The notes beneath the pieces were generated by a model. The model was not told the origin of the DNA and did not search any database. It saw only the letters and a program-made list of their open reading frames with translations. A program made the position numbers and the translations under genes. From Amphiscolops sp. MND2022 (taxonomy: Eukaryota): DNA of 64,000 bases. Positions 1-13,075 of this stretch are shown here, in pieces (position 1 is the first letter of the stretch; the number at the start of each line of letters is the position of its first letter). The DNA lies in NCBI GenBank assembly GCA_964187785.1, contig OZ076413.1, forward strand, positions 42,036,001 to 42,100,000. The letters are read 5' to 3'.

Positions 1-3000
1 GTTTCTCCTAGAAAAAAAAGCGGCTAAAGTTGATTCCAGGAACAAACTAAAAATGGTGGGAAAACTACTTTACTACAAAGAAAAGGGAAAGCTCCACAAT
101 TGTCTTGGACACTTCGTTCATTCAAAAACCAAAATAATTCGAGGACCGAACGCGAAAATGGAGAAGAAAGAAGAAAATATATTTTTAAAACCTAAAAAAC
201 GCCGAATTTGGTTCGAAAATTGGCACTGGTAAAATTAAGGAAAATTAGGTCAAATTTTGCTAGCAGAGGCTTGAAATAGAGCCAACGGTTTCAAGGTAAA
301 TTGAAATTTTATAAAAACTTGGGTTTGTTTTCCGAAGTGAAGTAATTCATGAAGTAATTAAACCGAAATTGTTTCAAAAAGTAGATAAATCCAACTTTCT
401 GCGAAATTTTCAAATATAATTGATGTAAATACTGGGTTATACCTCCTTGTTATTCAGACTAGTCCGATTCCAGCAAAGCAACAGCACATTGTCAATCGAA
501 GAAGTTTCTTTGAATCGAAAATTATTTCAACTTTTACTCAATTACACGTATAATCGAGTAAAAGGTAATTATAACTTTAACGTACGTTGAAAATTTGAAA
601 TTACCTGTTGAAAAAAAAATGAATTAAAATGTATAAATAAGTTTAAATAGTGCCATCAGAAAGCAAAGCATTATGAACAAGCGTTGAACGAAAATGACAA
701 TCAGAATATAAAAACCAATTTCTCTATTTTTGCAGAACAACTGCAAACTTTCCCTTACCATGATGCGGGAAATAAATAACAGGTGATTTTGAGTTAAGAA
801 TAAAAATTACATGTATTATTTACAAAAAAAAACCATAAAATCCATAGAAAACGTACATTCTCCAGATCGCTTTTCAAAATATTGCGACAGAAATTTTCAT
901 TTTCATTAATGAAATTTCTCGAAGATCTCTCTTCATGCGCTCTCGGGGTCACTTCATGCTCAGAAGGGTTATTCGGCATTCTATATTTCCTTGTCATTAC
1001 GTGCGATGCATGTTCTCACAATTGGTAACAAACTGCGTCCCATTTTCCCAAAAGTCCTTTTCCATCTTTAGTTACATTGTCTAGAAAATCCATAACCCAA
1101 TATAACTGAATTAAATTCCGTAACTTATAAATTGTCATCTTGACTAAATTACATTATCGTGAATAATAATAAAATTGTAAAGAAAATTGGAAATTATTTT
1201 AGGCATGATCCATAGGGATTTGCGGGACGCCAATACATATTATAATTTAGCACAAGCTCGTGATAGGCACAAGCTCACAGTCCTTGAACAACAGGTCAAG
1301 TGATTTAGAGGCTTAATCAGTTAATTGCCCAGGTTTTACTGGCGTTTTTTGGGAAAATATTAAAGATAATTTAATTCAGCTGTTGAATAAAAGGACAATT
1401 TCAATGAAAAAATACATAATAGAAATTCAACAGAAAAGACTTCCAAAGGCAAACGCTCGCTTGACGGAAGCCTTTTTACACGCAATAGAAATGAGTTGGG
1501 CCTATTATTGTTTTTTATTTGTGTTTTTTTCCTTTTTCTTGAATGGTCCTAGATTCTTCCATTGCAGATTAGCCAGTGAGAAAGAAAATGGAGTTCTTAC
1601 AAAATCTTAAAAAGCTTAGAGACCGAATCTAGAAGCGACAGTAACTGTTCCGGTGAAACACCCCTACTAAAAATATCACGCGTGGATATAACTTCTTGTA
1701 AACAACAAAAAATTCAATTTATCCACAATTTTTGTCAATGAGAAAGGAAGTATCCAAGTCTAGTTGAAACATCTTGATGAAAGGTTTTCATCCTGTGAAA
1801 TACCTTTATGTGGGAGGAGTCACCATTGGCAGGGGAGACGGAAAATGACTGAAACCATCTCGAAAAGGGTGAAAAAATTCGAGACCACTGATAAACACTA
1901 TCATAATAACAGCTTCCGTACACCTGATACCCGACTTTACTCGCCCAAGATGATCACGGGGACCATAGATAAGAGCTCATTGGAACATTAACGCGGGATT
2001 TTTTAGTTTTTTCGCATCAGGGGCGGACGCTTATGGGAGATGAAGAGATTCCAATGGTCTCTTTTTGTCCATCCTCCCCACAGAAAATGACAGAAGAATT
2101 AGTGTTCGATGCTCTGAAAACGATCATTTCCGGACATCGAAGACGAAGTCTACCAACTCTGAATTACCTAATATGAAGCTTTTGGAAATATTATGATGAT
2201 ATCGATTAATCTGATAGAGACTGTAGGATTAAATTGTAGAATTGTCAGGTGAAATACCATTCTTCGACAAGTTATTGTACAATTTAGGAATCCGTTTCGC
2301 TAACGAATGATTGAATTTCTTCGTGTTTACCAAAAGAACCGAAGACTTTAGGGTGTTCCCATTTCATTGAGCGATTTATGCGAATGTCCTCCACGGATGC
2401 AAGCCAAAACAAATTTGAAAAGCTCATAAATGAGTAGGAGTGAAAAAGGAGCAGGCTCTCGGTGAATAGTTTTTTCTCTAACCTCACTCAGTTGTGTCCA
2501 TTTTGTTGTTTAATTTTTGAAAGGTTCCTCTGTTTTGTAGCGGTCGATTTCGATAGAACTCGCACTAAACCAAACAAAATTTTTATGCCCCGATGAGAGC
2601 CTAAAGGGTCCGCGCGTTTAATTTAGTCGGCATTAAGCAGCTGTTTTGTGACTTCTCAAGAAGACGTGTGAAGTAGGGGGCTTGTGTATTTTCAGCCTAA
2701 ACAGCGGACGTCCATTGTTTTTTGGAATACACTGAAATGACCACTTTTTGGCGCACTTTAAGGATTCCTGTCTTCGCAGAGCATATAAAATACCGTATTG
2801 CGAAACGACAATAAAGGATTAGTTTTGATTTTTGATGCGTCAAGATTTGTCTGCAAGATATGGAATTTTTAGTTAGATAACTTTGAAAAATCATACTTTG
2901 TATTTCATAATAATTTTGTGTATAATTTTTGTTTATAACACTGTGCCATCACAAAACTAGCCCTTTATTTGGCTGAGAGGATTTGCTGTAACTTGCGACA

Positions 3001-3105
3001 GGTTTTCGGCTTTATATTTCTACTAGTTGTTTTTGGCGAGCTGTTTTTGACCACTCGTATTCGACAAGTTTTCCTACATTCTCGTGTTCAAAGGGTCCTT
3101 CTTGT

Positions 3106-3560
3106 GTTTTTAGTCGGCGCTTTCCTTTTAAGGAAAAGAGTCCGACTATTACAGTGACTAGTATTTTTGCCAGTCTCACTTTGAATGGACCACTTTTTCT
3201 GCACTGTGAACTTTGACCATAGGTACCTTGATTTTGAACGCATCCAAAGCTTCTAACATGAAATACAAAACCATTCCAAAGCAGAAGGGTCCCCCTTTCG
3301 ATTTTTTGGCACTGTGAGAGGAACTCCCCCTTTTTCGGCTATGTGGGACTTTTTTCAAACATTTACCAAAGCCTCCAAGGGTTTTTGATATTTTACAACA
3401 ATGGATGTTAAAAAATCCCAAATGGGCCCCCATTTAAATTTTTTGACACTGAGATGGTTCAAAATTCTCATTTTTTGTCTGACATTAGGTTTTCTCAACA
3501 TATATTCACCAATATTTTTTTCAATACTTCACCTCAAATCTTCGGACGCATGAAGCTCCG
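3106..3560 (+). repeat. Interspersed repeat family A, copy 1 (non-autonomous element with internal AAGGGTCCCCCTTT...GGCACTGTG subunits)
   Basis: Shares TTTTAGTCGGCGCTTT...CCGACTATTACAGT and GGGTCCCCCTTTCGATTTTTT(C)GGCACTGTG blocks with 7178-7668, 19855-20185, 62020-62260 and, in reverse, 14895-15245 and 39128-39620. Boundaries approximate. Confidence 0.75.
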
Positions 3561-6500
3561 AAAATGGCATGAAGTTTTGGCATAAAAATGGTTACTTCGA
3601 ACGGATTGAAAAAGTCGCCGACTAAAGATAGGTTTCTGCTGTTTTATAATCCCTGTATTCTAAAGAGATTGTAAACAATGTAACCTAGAAATAATAAGAA
3701 GTATATACCTATCCTTGCACTTCTTTACAATTATGGGCTGGATAAAATTCCCTTTCCAATAAAATATGCAAATTGTGGTTCAACATGAACGATTGTTCCA
3801 TTTTTCAAAAAGATCACAATATTGAACCCAAATGAAATTCACGTATGCAGCCTTGAAAGTTTAGGAGAACTTTTTTCTGAATAATTGATTTTGAAAGTAG
3901 GAAATAATTTATTGACAAATTTGTTTCATTCCTTGGAGAGGCTATCCCAAATTGGTTCCACCTGCATGGTAAGGAAAAAAGAAGTGATGACAGGTACCTA
4001 CGTACCCGTACACACATCTACAAAATGCTTTCATGTTGTACCGCCTTGATACCAACAGTATATTTATAAGTGTTTCCACAACAGCAATCTATACATCAAT
4101 CTATTTATATCACAACCAATCTCATCTTCATAGTTCCTTCAAATCTTATGAACCCAGGGGGGGGGGCAACTTCAAAGTCTAAATACGAACTGATCGTCAT
4201 GGCAATACTAAAAATATTTCGTTGTAGAAATCTGAAATTCTGTCACGTACTTAATTTGTGCGGCAAAAAATATGCTCTGGTTGATGTCACACATCTTTTT
4301 AAGTTTGTACAGGAATAATTTTTGTTACTTGGCGATAAAAATGGTTTTGTTTGTTTGTATGTATCAAGTAGATATTTAAATTTCATAAAACAGAAGCTTG
4401 AAAACTGTGATTCACACTTCATATTTCTCAGTCTGTTTCGAAAGAGTAGAAATTTTCAGAAAACTCTGGGAGCACACAGTAAGTAACTGACAAGATGTCC
4501 GCTCAGCACCGGAAGATTTTCCGCCCAACTTATTTTTGCAACAACATAATTTTACGCCCCGAGGGTTACCAATCAATTCATACGAACGAAAATGCTCTAA
4601 AATTGCACAAAAACACTGATACTTCTGCAACTGCAAAAACTTGTGAATATTTTTCAGAATACATTATTAACACCTCAGTTTTTGGGATAAAATCATTTAT
4701 TAAATTTGCAGAAGTAAAGCTTCCAATTTCAAACATTTCAAACTGGAAAACATTTTTAGTTTTTGATTTTTCTAAACTTAGTGCATTTTGAGTGAAAGTG
4801 TCCAATCTTGGACTAATCTTCGTAGTAAACGGTAATGACCGTTTGCGTTTTCATTTGAATGCGGGCGACGCTTTCAGTGGAAGCTTACTTCTTGATACAC
4901 TCATTTGCCTTATGTAAATAAAAATGTCCCAAAAATTGGCTGCTAAAAAAAGTTAGACTAGATGAAAAGAAAAAACAAATGGCACAATTTTTAAGAGAAA
5001 AGAAAAGGTGAGCTAGCAACGGAAAAAATCCAGCATGAAAATTCCGCAGAAATATGAATGAATGCTACAAAATTTAATTGGGGGCTTCAAGATGATAAAA
5101 AGTGAACTTTTCAGTGTGGAAATTGTCCTCGTACAAAAAAACATGTCATTGTAAAAGTTGGGCAGTTTTTCTCGGGCGCGAAAAATCGTCTAAAAAGGAC
5201 CCGTGCATACTGCAATTCTGTTTACGTTGTAAAAACTGTCGAGGAGAGTCCATGACGCAATTTCTTGCATATTTTTGTTTGCTCCTATCGGGCCCTTCAT
5301 AAAGAAAACCCTGTTTTTCTGCGAAGTTTTGAATTTCTAGTTGAGAATTCTGTTCAGAAAATTAACGAGAGTTCAAGATTTTACTGCTAAGATTCTTGGC
5401 AAGATTCTGATGAGTAATTTGCACGTTGAGTAACATTAATTTTCAGTATATATGAGAGTATTGAAAAGAAATAAACTCAAAACGCCCAAATTAGTATTTT
5501 GCTTTTTTCATAGACATAGGTCCATGATTTAGACAGTTCAACATGCATTGGAGTGTTATGACAATCGAATCTAGGTTGAATCATTACTTCTGGGTCCTTG
5601 GCATGTCTTTCACTAATATTTACCGCCTTGATACAGAAAAATTGTATTGCACGAAAAAAAACTGTTCAAAAATGCAAATCACTTGAAAACTTTTTTGAGC
5701 CAATCATCTGTCGGTCAATTATCTGGGCCTGGAAAAATATTTAAAGATTTCTCTGAATGATAAAAACTATGATATCATAAAAATCAAGTAAATGTCACAA
5801 ATTGTTTTTCTAAGTTCTGAGTATTTTTCGGTATATATTGTTGGCCATTTTGAGTTTCGATGGACAAACAATAAACGAGCAGCATGTAATTCTGTCTAAC
5901 TAATAGCAGCTTCAAAGGAAGAAAACCTTAAAGACTGTTTTTTCAACACATTCTCCTTCTACCTCTATTTCTTTCGGAATTCTAATCCGTGATTGGTGGA
6001 AATTTGCATTTTCATCAGACGGTATTGGTACCTTTTTTGTTGGAAAATAATGCAACCATCCACATTCTGTTATTTCATTGTCATCAATCAAGGTAAGCTA
6101 CGGAATAATAAATTATCCTTTCATCTGTTTATTATAACTAGAATTATAACTACACAAAACTTTCTTGTCGTTTTTGAACTAAATTGCCATGAACTTGATA
6201 ATTCAAGTCACTTTTTTGAGGATTTGATAAGTTTCAGTGTTGATGTTGAGAATTCTTACCATCAATGCGCAAAAATTTTCAAAATTTCGCAAATATAACA
6301 TTACAAAAAAAATTTCAAACGTTATCAGTGGAGCGCAACGGAAGTTTCGATTGGAAAAAAGACGTTTCTATAACACAAATTCTAATTGAAAAGTACCAAA
6401 GGGGCCCCACTTTTGTTTGGCTCCTCAGCTTATTTCCATCACTTTTTGATGGACAAAATTATTTCTTGTAATTACTTCAAACCGGACTCGTGAAGAAAAA

Positions 6501-7177
6501 AAACCTGGAGAGAATTTTAATTCAATTTAACCCCAATTGAACTGGGCGTTTTTTGAAATACTCAAAAAATTTGATTAAAAAAATAAATTATCAACATCTC
6601 CACAACTACGCGTACCAGAGGAACGAACTAAAGCGCGTTTGAAACGTCTGGATTTGGGCTTTCATTTTCATCAGGTGAGCCTCTGTCGCCGCGCGCCCCT
6701 TCCTTCAGAATTTTAGTCCCTTTTTCCGGTACTTCGTGCGGCCCGCTGCGCGGGGGCTTGTAGTAACAACTGAATATTATTGGGGTTTGTTGCACCTGGA
6801 CTTGCTGTGGAAGGATAGGTGGTTGGTTTTTTCTATTGATCAAAGACTTTTTAGAAAACAGGATTTCATCAAAAACTGAGTTTTGGGAAAATATAACTAT
6901 TTTTTGTGCAAAAAAATACATTTTTCTCAGTTTTGGAGACATATTCCCTTTTTTTATTGCTTGTGCCATTCAAATCAATCAAGATACCAAGGAATTGTTG
7001 AAAAAAACTGCTACTGGCAGAGAAAATGGGCTACTGGCAAAAAGAATCAGAAATTGGAAAAAAGATAGGCTGCTTTAAAGCACCGCTAGGTTCCGACCGG
7101 CGAAAGATGATTCATCCTAATTTAGATCAAAAATGGAAAAATCTTTCTTGAACAATTCTACGGAGTAGATTAACATT

Positions 7178-7668
7178 TTTAGTCGGCGCTTTTCTTAAGA
7201 AAAGAGCCCGACTATTACAGTCACTCGTTTTTTTCTTTTTTTTTTATTTAAGACAGACTTGAAGCGACGAACGTTAACGTTCAACTAAAGGAAACTAAAT
7301 ACCAGGGAAACGCATGTAAATTATTCCAAAGGATCCTCCCTTTGGTTTTTTACTTTTTAAAGTTACCTACAAGCCCGGACGGGACTAAAGGGTCCCCCTT
7401 TCGATTTTTTTTCGGCACTGTGCGACTTTTTTTTGAAATTTTTTTAATGTCCCCAAAGGATCCTCCCTTTGAGTGTTTTGTTATTTTGCTACAGAATGCG
7501 TGTTTATAAATCAAAAAGGGTCCCCCCTTTTACATTTTTCGGCACTGTGCAACATTTTCCGGAAGAAAATTTTTTTCGAAAATTTCAAGTTTTTTTTCCA
7601 AAAAAATGTTTTACGCTTTTTGAGCCTTAGATATAGCGCCGACTTGAGACGTTCCCGTCTTGTTATAT
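7178..7668 (+). repeat. Interspersed repeat family A, copy 2
   Basis: TTTTTAGTCGGCGCTTTTCTTAAGAAAAGAGCCCGACTATTACAGTCACT start, several GGGTCCCCCTTT/GGATCCTCCCTTT subunits, ends ATATAGCGCCGACTTGAGACGTTCCCGTCTTGTT. Confidence 0.8.
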
Positions 7669-10430
7669 TTCTTGGAAAATAGTTTCGTGAGCAAAAATAA
7701 CCCGAGCTATTATAACTACTTATAAGTAGTAGGGCGAGTTCTAAGAACAGCTTTTTCACTTTCATCTTTTTCACTACAATTGAGCAATATTCGTGTTTTA
7801 CAAGTTGCACTTCAGTTTTATGCATCAATTCGGCCAAAACTAGCTTTGTTTCAAGAGTTTTTCAAGACATACTTTCAATAAATCTAACAACAAGTCGATA
7901 AAAAACCAAACTTCGAATTAGTAAACGGCGTTAAGAAAAATGTTCGCCATTACTGCTTTTTTATTATGTTTGCATGATTGATTAATAATTGCATTTGATG
8001 CGTCCAAATAGAAAACTAAAGATTCGAACAAAATACTCGGCTGCGTGACTTCAATCAATCAAAGTTTGACAAGAGTATAAAAGGGGCACATCCTGTTACA
8101 CGTGAAGAACACTTGAAAACATTCTACCTGTCAAGAGCCGGTTATTAAAATCAAAAGTCTGCCGCCATTTTGGCTCAGGACTTACCAACCATTTAATACC
8201 AATCAAAGAGAATCTAAAGTGTTTTCAAACAATAGTAAACAAGTGAAAGTTTAACAATCGGCTGGAGGTTTTGGTCCTATACATCAATAGAAAAAAAAGC
8301 ATTTTCACTGGTACGTTGATTTATATCTGACCATAAAATGGAAATAAAAGAAAACTTCACCAGTGAGTATAGAAGCGGTGAGTCAATTTTTTGTGTTCTC
8401 TAGATTTTTTTGCTGTGAAAATATTCAATGGCGGCTTGTTTACGGGGAAAATGCGGCATTTACATCAAGTGAATTTAAATCGCTCAACAAACTCGACTAG
8501 AAAAACGATTATAACCTTTTCTTCAAATTCGAGGTTTTAAACCAGAAAAGGTTTATAATTTGATTTTTCCCTAACTGTAATGGTGCCAGTGAAATCGGAG
8601 ACTCTTCAATCTTGGGTATTTGATTCATTTTTGAATCTATACCATTTTTTTTGGTTTCTTTCAAACATGCCAAAATTGATTTTCGTAAAAATTTTTTCTT
8701 AACTTTTGGTATTGGCTGTTGAAAAAAATAGAAAAACGCAAAAAATTAATTCTGCAACTTCTCAATCTAACAATCGGAAACTACCTTAATTTGCACCATA
8801 GGCATCATATACCCAATAAATATCCCAAGAAATTGCCGTTCAGGTTCTGTAAGAGCCTATTTTCATTTTATAATGCTTTTTCATAAAAAGAATTTCCCCA
8901 AGTTTTGAAAAGAAATACTTTTTTCATTTTTTCAGGAACAATTTAGTCATTTATGACAAATTAGGGTGCCTTTCTTTATGTTACCTCCAGGTTAGGTTCT
9001 GCCTAAAAGCTACTCCCCAATGGTGAATTAGAATTCGGATTATTAAAATTGGCCCCTCCGGGACTCACTCTGCAACTGCAAAAAACTTGCTAATAAATTT
9101 CAGGAAACTCCTCAATTTCCACATGCTTTCGGGATAAAAACATCCATAATTTTTTCCGGGAGTAAGTCTTCCAATTCCAAACAAATTTCGCGGAAAATTT
9201 TTGCGGAAGTGCAAGTAATTATGACTGGAGGCAGGGACGAAAAAATATATTGTATTTAAATATATTGCTAATAAATAAATAAAATAGTTATTTTTAGTTT
9301 TGTACAATAGAACATATTTATTTTTTGTTCCAATGTAAGGTGTTTTGGACCAATATATTTTGATATTCGTTTTTAATGTTGGCAAGTATTAAAACAAATG
9401 TATTATTTTGATTTTTGCGCGAAATACACGGAACTCAGTTCAATTTATCGGCCAACTGTTAAAAAGTATTTGGATTTAGTTACTAGTCGTGTAGAAAAAT
9501 CGATTCAGTATATTTGGTAAAAATTAATGATGGTTATAAATACAGTCCTAGAGGTGTACAAGCGAAATCCTGCTCACACAATATTGGACAATATATTTAA
9601 TGTATTTATTGTTAGCAGCAACAAATAAATATATTTATTTTCGGACCACGTGTCGCATTTCCCCCCAAGCGGCCGCAGGGGGGAAATAAGACACAAGGTT
9701 CAAATACCATATGCCAATATCGTTTGCGTTGAAATTTTGGTCAATAAAATAATTGATGTCGACATAATACTATCCATTACATTTACTGTCAGTTAAAAGT
9801 TGCTCATTAGATTTTGACACGGAGAAAATTTTCCGTTGAAATACGGGCCTTTTCAGAAGACTTTAGCTTGTTCCAAGCGTGACGTTTTGCTATTTTGGAC
9901 AATAGTATCAAAAAATTAGGGTATTTTTTTGCCTGAAGTGTCAAAACAGTTTGAGACAATCCTCTAAGCATTTACATTCATATAATATTTTCTAATTAGT
10001 GAACTATTTTTATTGAAGAACAAAATGTGCTTTCGTGTTGGGGGGAAATTAGCAACAAGGTGTACCTGGGGGTTATAGAACACATGCTCCTTATTTTTGA
10101 GAAAATATTATTTAAATTTAAAAAAAAAACAAATATTAGAGAGAAGTTTAATTTCCACATTACCGCGGGGTGGACGCCGAATAAGCAGTTCTGCTTTTCT
10201 AAGTCGGCGCCCGTTCGGACACTATTTCCCAATAGCAAACTATGGTACCATATTTGCAGCCAAGTGGTCAACCAATGGTGGGCTTGAAGCTATGGTTTCA
10301 AAGTAATTGCTCAAAGGTCACAAAGGTCTGACCGTGCTCTTTTTGTTTCGCTTTTCTCAGCCAAATGCGTTTTTTTGTCATTGGCATTTCTACTAAGCTA
10401 GGGATGAAGGACTTGCTTACGGACCAACAA

Positions 10431-10506
10431 TGGAGAGTTGAGAGAGATTCGAACCTGATACCGCCTCAATGCAGGCCGAATGCTTTAACCATTACGCCAT
10501 GCTCCC
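10431..10506 (-). pseudogene. tRNA-like sequence (TGC anticodon, Ala-like); probable tRNA pseudogene or SINE head
   Basis: Reverse complement GGGAGCATGGCGTAATGGTTAAAGCATTCGGCCTGCATTGAGGCGGTATCAGGTTCGAATCTCTCTCAACTCTCCA has a Pol III A-box (TGGCGTAATGG) and B-box (GGTTCGAATC), but acceptor and anticodon stems pair poorly. Confidence 0.55.
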
Positions 10507-12489
10507 TGACTGGAAGCATCCAAATCTTGGATTATAAGTTTTGTTGCCTAAGTTTTTTTTTATTCAATTGAATAGAAAATAATACTCGTCAACGGCAATG
10601 AGCGGACCGTTTTTTTTCACTTTTTTCGCCGGTAACACTCTCAGCTAACTATTATCAAGTGTACACTCGTTCGCTTTGTCAATAAAAGTGTCCCCCTTTG
10701 CTTCTGAGAGAGTTAGACTAGTTACCAAGAGAAAACCGGTCACTGTTTTCATAATACGCCAGCTCACAAAAAAATATTAAAAAGCGTTTTTGTATCACCT
10801 GAGTTCTCACCTCATTATATTCTGAAGTAAATTCACGCCTAGTCGAAATTGAATTTGAAAAAACTGACAGTAGTTTTACAGAAAATGAAACAAGATATAA
10901 AAACTGACCATTTAGGAAGCAAGTGTCAATGCAGCTTAAAACCGGAATTTCACCAGGTGATTTATTGTCAAACAAGACGCCCACTGAGTGTGTATTTTCC
11001 GCCCAGAATTACTTTTGTTACCACATGATTTCAATGGTCGAGCGGAGTCAAAAGAATTATGCCAACGAAATCATTCAAAGTTTGCACAAAAAACAACTGA
11101 ACTGTTAAGGCGTTTTTCAAAGAAACTTCAAACTTGGACATGAATAAATATTTTACAAAACTATTTTTTTGGCCGTTTAATTCCGTGGAAGTAGCTCATG
11201 AAATATGTGGAATACGGGCGGAAAATGAAAAGTGTTACAAAAAAAACAGCATGTAAAAACACTGGGAAAGGATTTGGTTTACGGGAGGGACATTTTTAGT
11301 GAACCAGTTCAAAAAGCAATTTCAAAGTTTACTCAGCCGCCTGCAGTTACAAGATAACAAAAAGTGAAATGAATGCATAAAATCGGGGATTTGACATAGC
11401 TACTTTTCAGCTGATCGCTAAACCACTAATTCCAAAATTGCAATTTCGCTGAAATGTTTTTCTCCAAACAATAGAATGCTTGACTTCAAGTACATTTTAC
11501 AATTAAACGATAACTTAATTCAGTTTTTGCAAGAAAAGAGACGGGAATGTTTCATACTGTGTGGGTTTTACAAGGGTAAGAGTTTGAATTTTTTGAATAA
11601 CATTTTGAAACTCCGTGCATACTCTGAGTAAATTTTAAGTTTGTACAATCTATTAGTAGCTGCTAATTTGAATCGCTCATGAAATTGCTGAAAAATTCCT
11701 GCGCGACCGCTTATTCACTAAATCGCTTATTAGCGGTGTCAAAACTGCATCAAATGAAGTTGAAGTACATAAAAGATACATCAAAATTTGAACTCGAATT
11801 TCAAACTGTGTAATTACATAATCTAGGATTCTGACGTCACAGAGAGAACCTGAGCACTTCCAGTGCGCTGGCAAATAGGGCACTTTGTTGATTTTGCTGG
11901 TCATTTGAGGAAATCGTTTCCAAATCGTCAGCTTTTTCTGTGAATTATTTCTCCTGGATGTTTCGGTGGCATGACAAAGAATGCGCTCGACAATGCTAAA
12001 TGGCAGCGAGGTTATCAAGAAAACAAGGACAAAACAAAAGCATTTTTGAGAATGTGCAAAAAACAATATTTGCAGAGTGAATAATTGATAGCCTTGCATA
12101 ATCAAACATAAATAGGCGCAAAATGTGAAAACACGAACAGCTGCACAATTAGCGAAAGCTTTACAAATCAGCCATTACAGACAAAAGGTGCAAACAAAAA
12201 AAGAAGTGCCTCGCTGCGCCTCGAAACAAAGAAGTCTTGGTGACCATGCAACTTTTGAAACGAGAGCCATACCGACGAGAATGTTATCATAAATGAAGCA
12301 CAAAAAAGATTTTTTACTGAAAATGTAATGGAATCTATTCTATTCCATTTGTCTGGATTGTAGCAAACTATTGCTGGCTCTCATCGAATGTAATATTAAT
12401 CGTGGAAGAATGAGTCGTGAAGCAATTTTACGGGATGGAGTGGTAGTAGGCTGACCTTGAACTCCATTTATAACCGTTGTTTTTAGCTG

Positions 12490-12600
12490 GTCCCCTCAGA
12501 ATATTTTTCGGCACAGTGAGATTTTTCAATTTTTTTCACATTAACACATTTGTAACATTTAAAAGATTTCGAATTTTTTAAGTCTTAGACAGGGCGCCCA
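12490..12600 (+). repeat. Repeat family A fragment
   Basis: GGTCCCCTCAGAATATTTTTCGGCACAGTGAGATTTTTCAA resembles the family A subunit. Confidence 0.5.
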
Positions 12601-12789
12601 TTTGAGATATTCCTGTCTAGCTAATCTATATATGGAAGCAATTTAACATTTATTGAAGGTTCATGTCCAATGATTTGAAAAAAAAATAATTACGAAAACT
12701 TTAAAAAGAGACACCAGCAAAAATCTGAGGTTGCTTAAGACTGACGCGACTACTTTTCATGAGGCCTGAAATTTTAAGAAAAAACTGAC

Positions 12790-13075
12790 CGAAATTGAGA
12801 AACCTAAAAAAGTGCTCAAAAACGGATAAGAGACAAGAATGAAAATAATTGGAAAGAAAAAGCGGATTTTCAAAAGCGGAAATTGTACCTAAAAAGAAAG
12901 TGCTCAAAAACGGATAAGAGACAAGAATGAGAACACTTGGAAAGAAAAAGCTGACTTTTCAGTCACGGAAATGGTGCCTAAAAAGAAAGTGCTCAAAATG
13001 GGATTAGAGAGAAAATAATGAAACTAATTGGAAAAAAACCCGAATTTTTTAATCTTAGAAATTGAGAAACTCGAG
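12790..13075 (+). repeat. Minisatellite, ~3.3 copies of an 88-89 bp unit
   Basis: AGTGCTCAAAA recurs at 12811, 12899 and 12988; the first two units share AACGGATAAGAGACAAGAATGA. Confidence 0.85.

Noticed and set aside
1620-2700. Slightly GC-richer segment that might be a degraded transposon ORF (e.g. Penelope-like)
   Set aside because: No convincing catalytic motif in any frame; similarity too weak to call.
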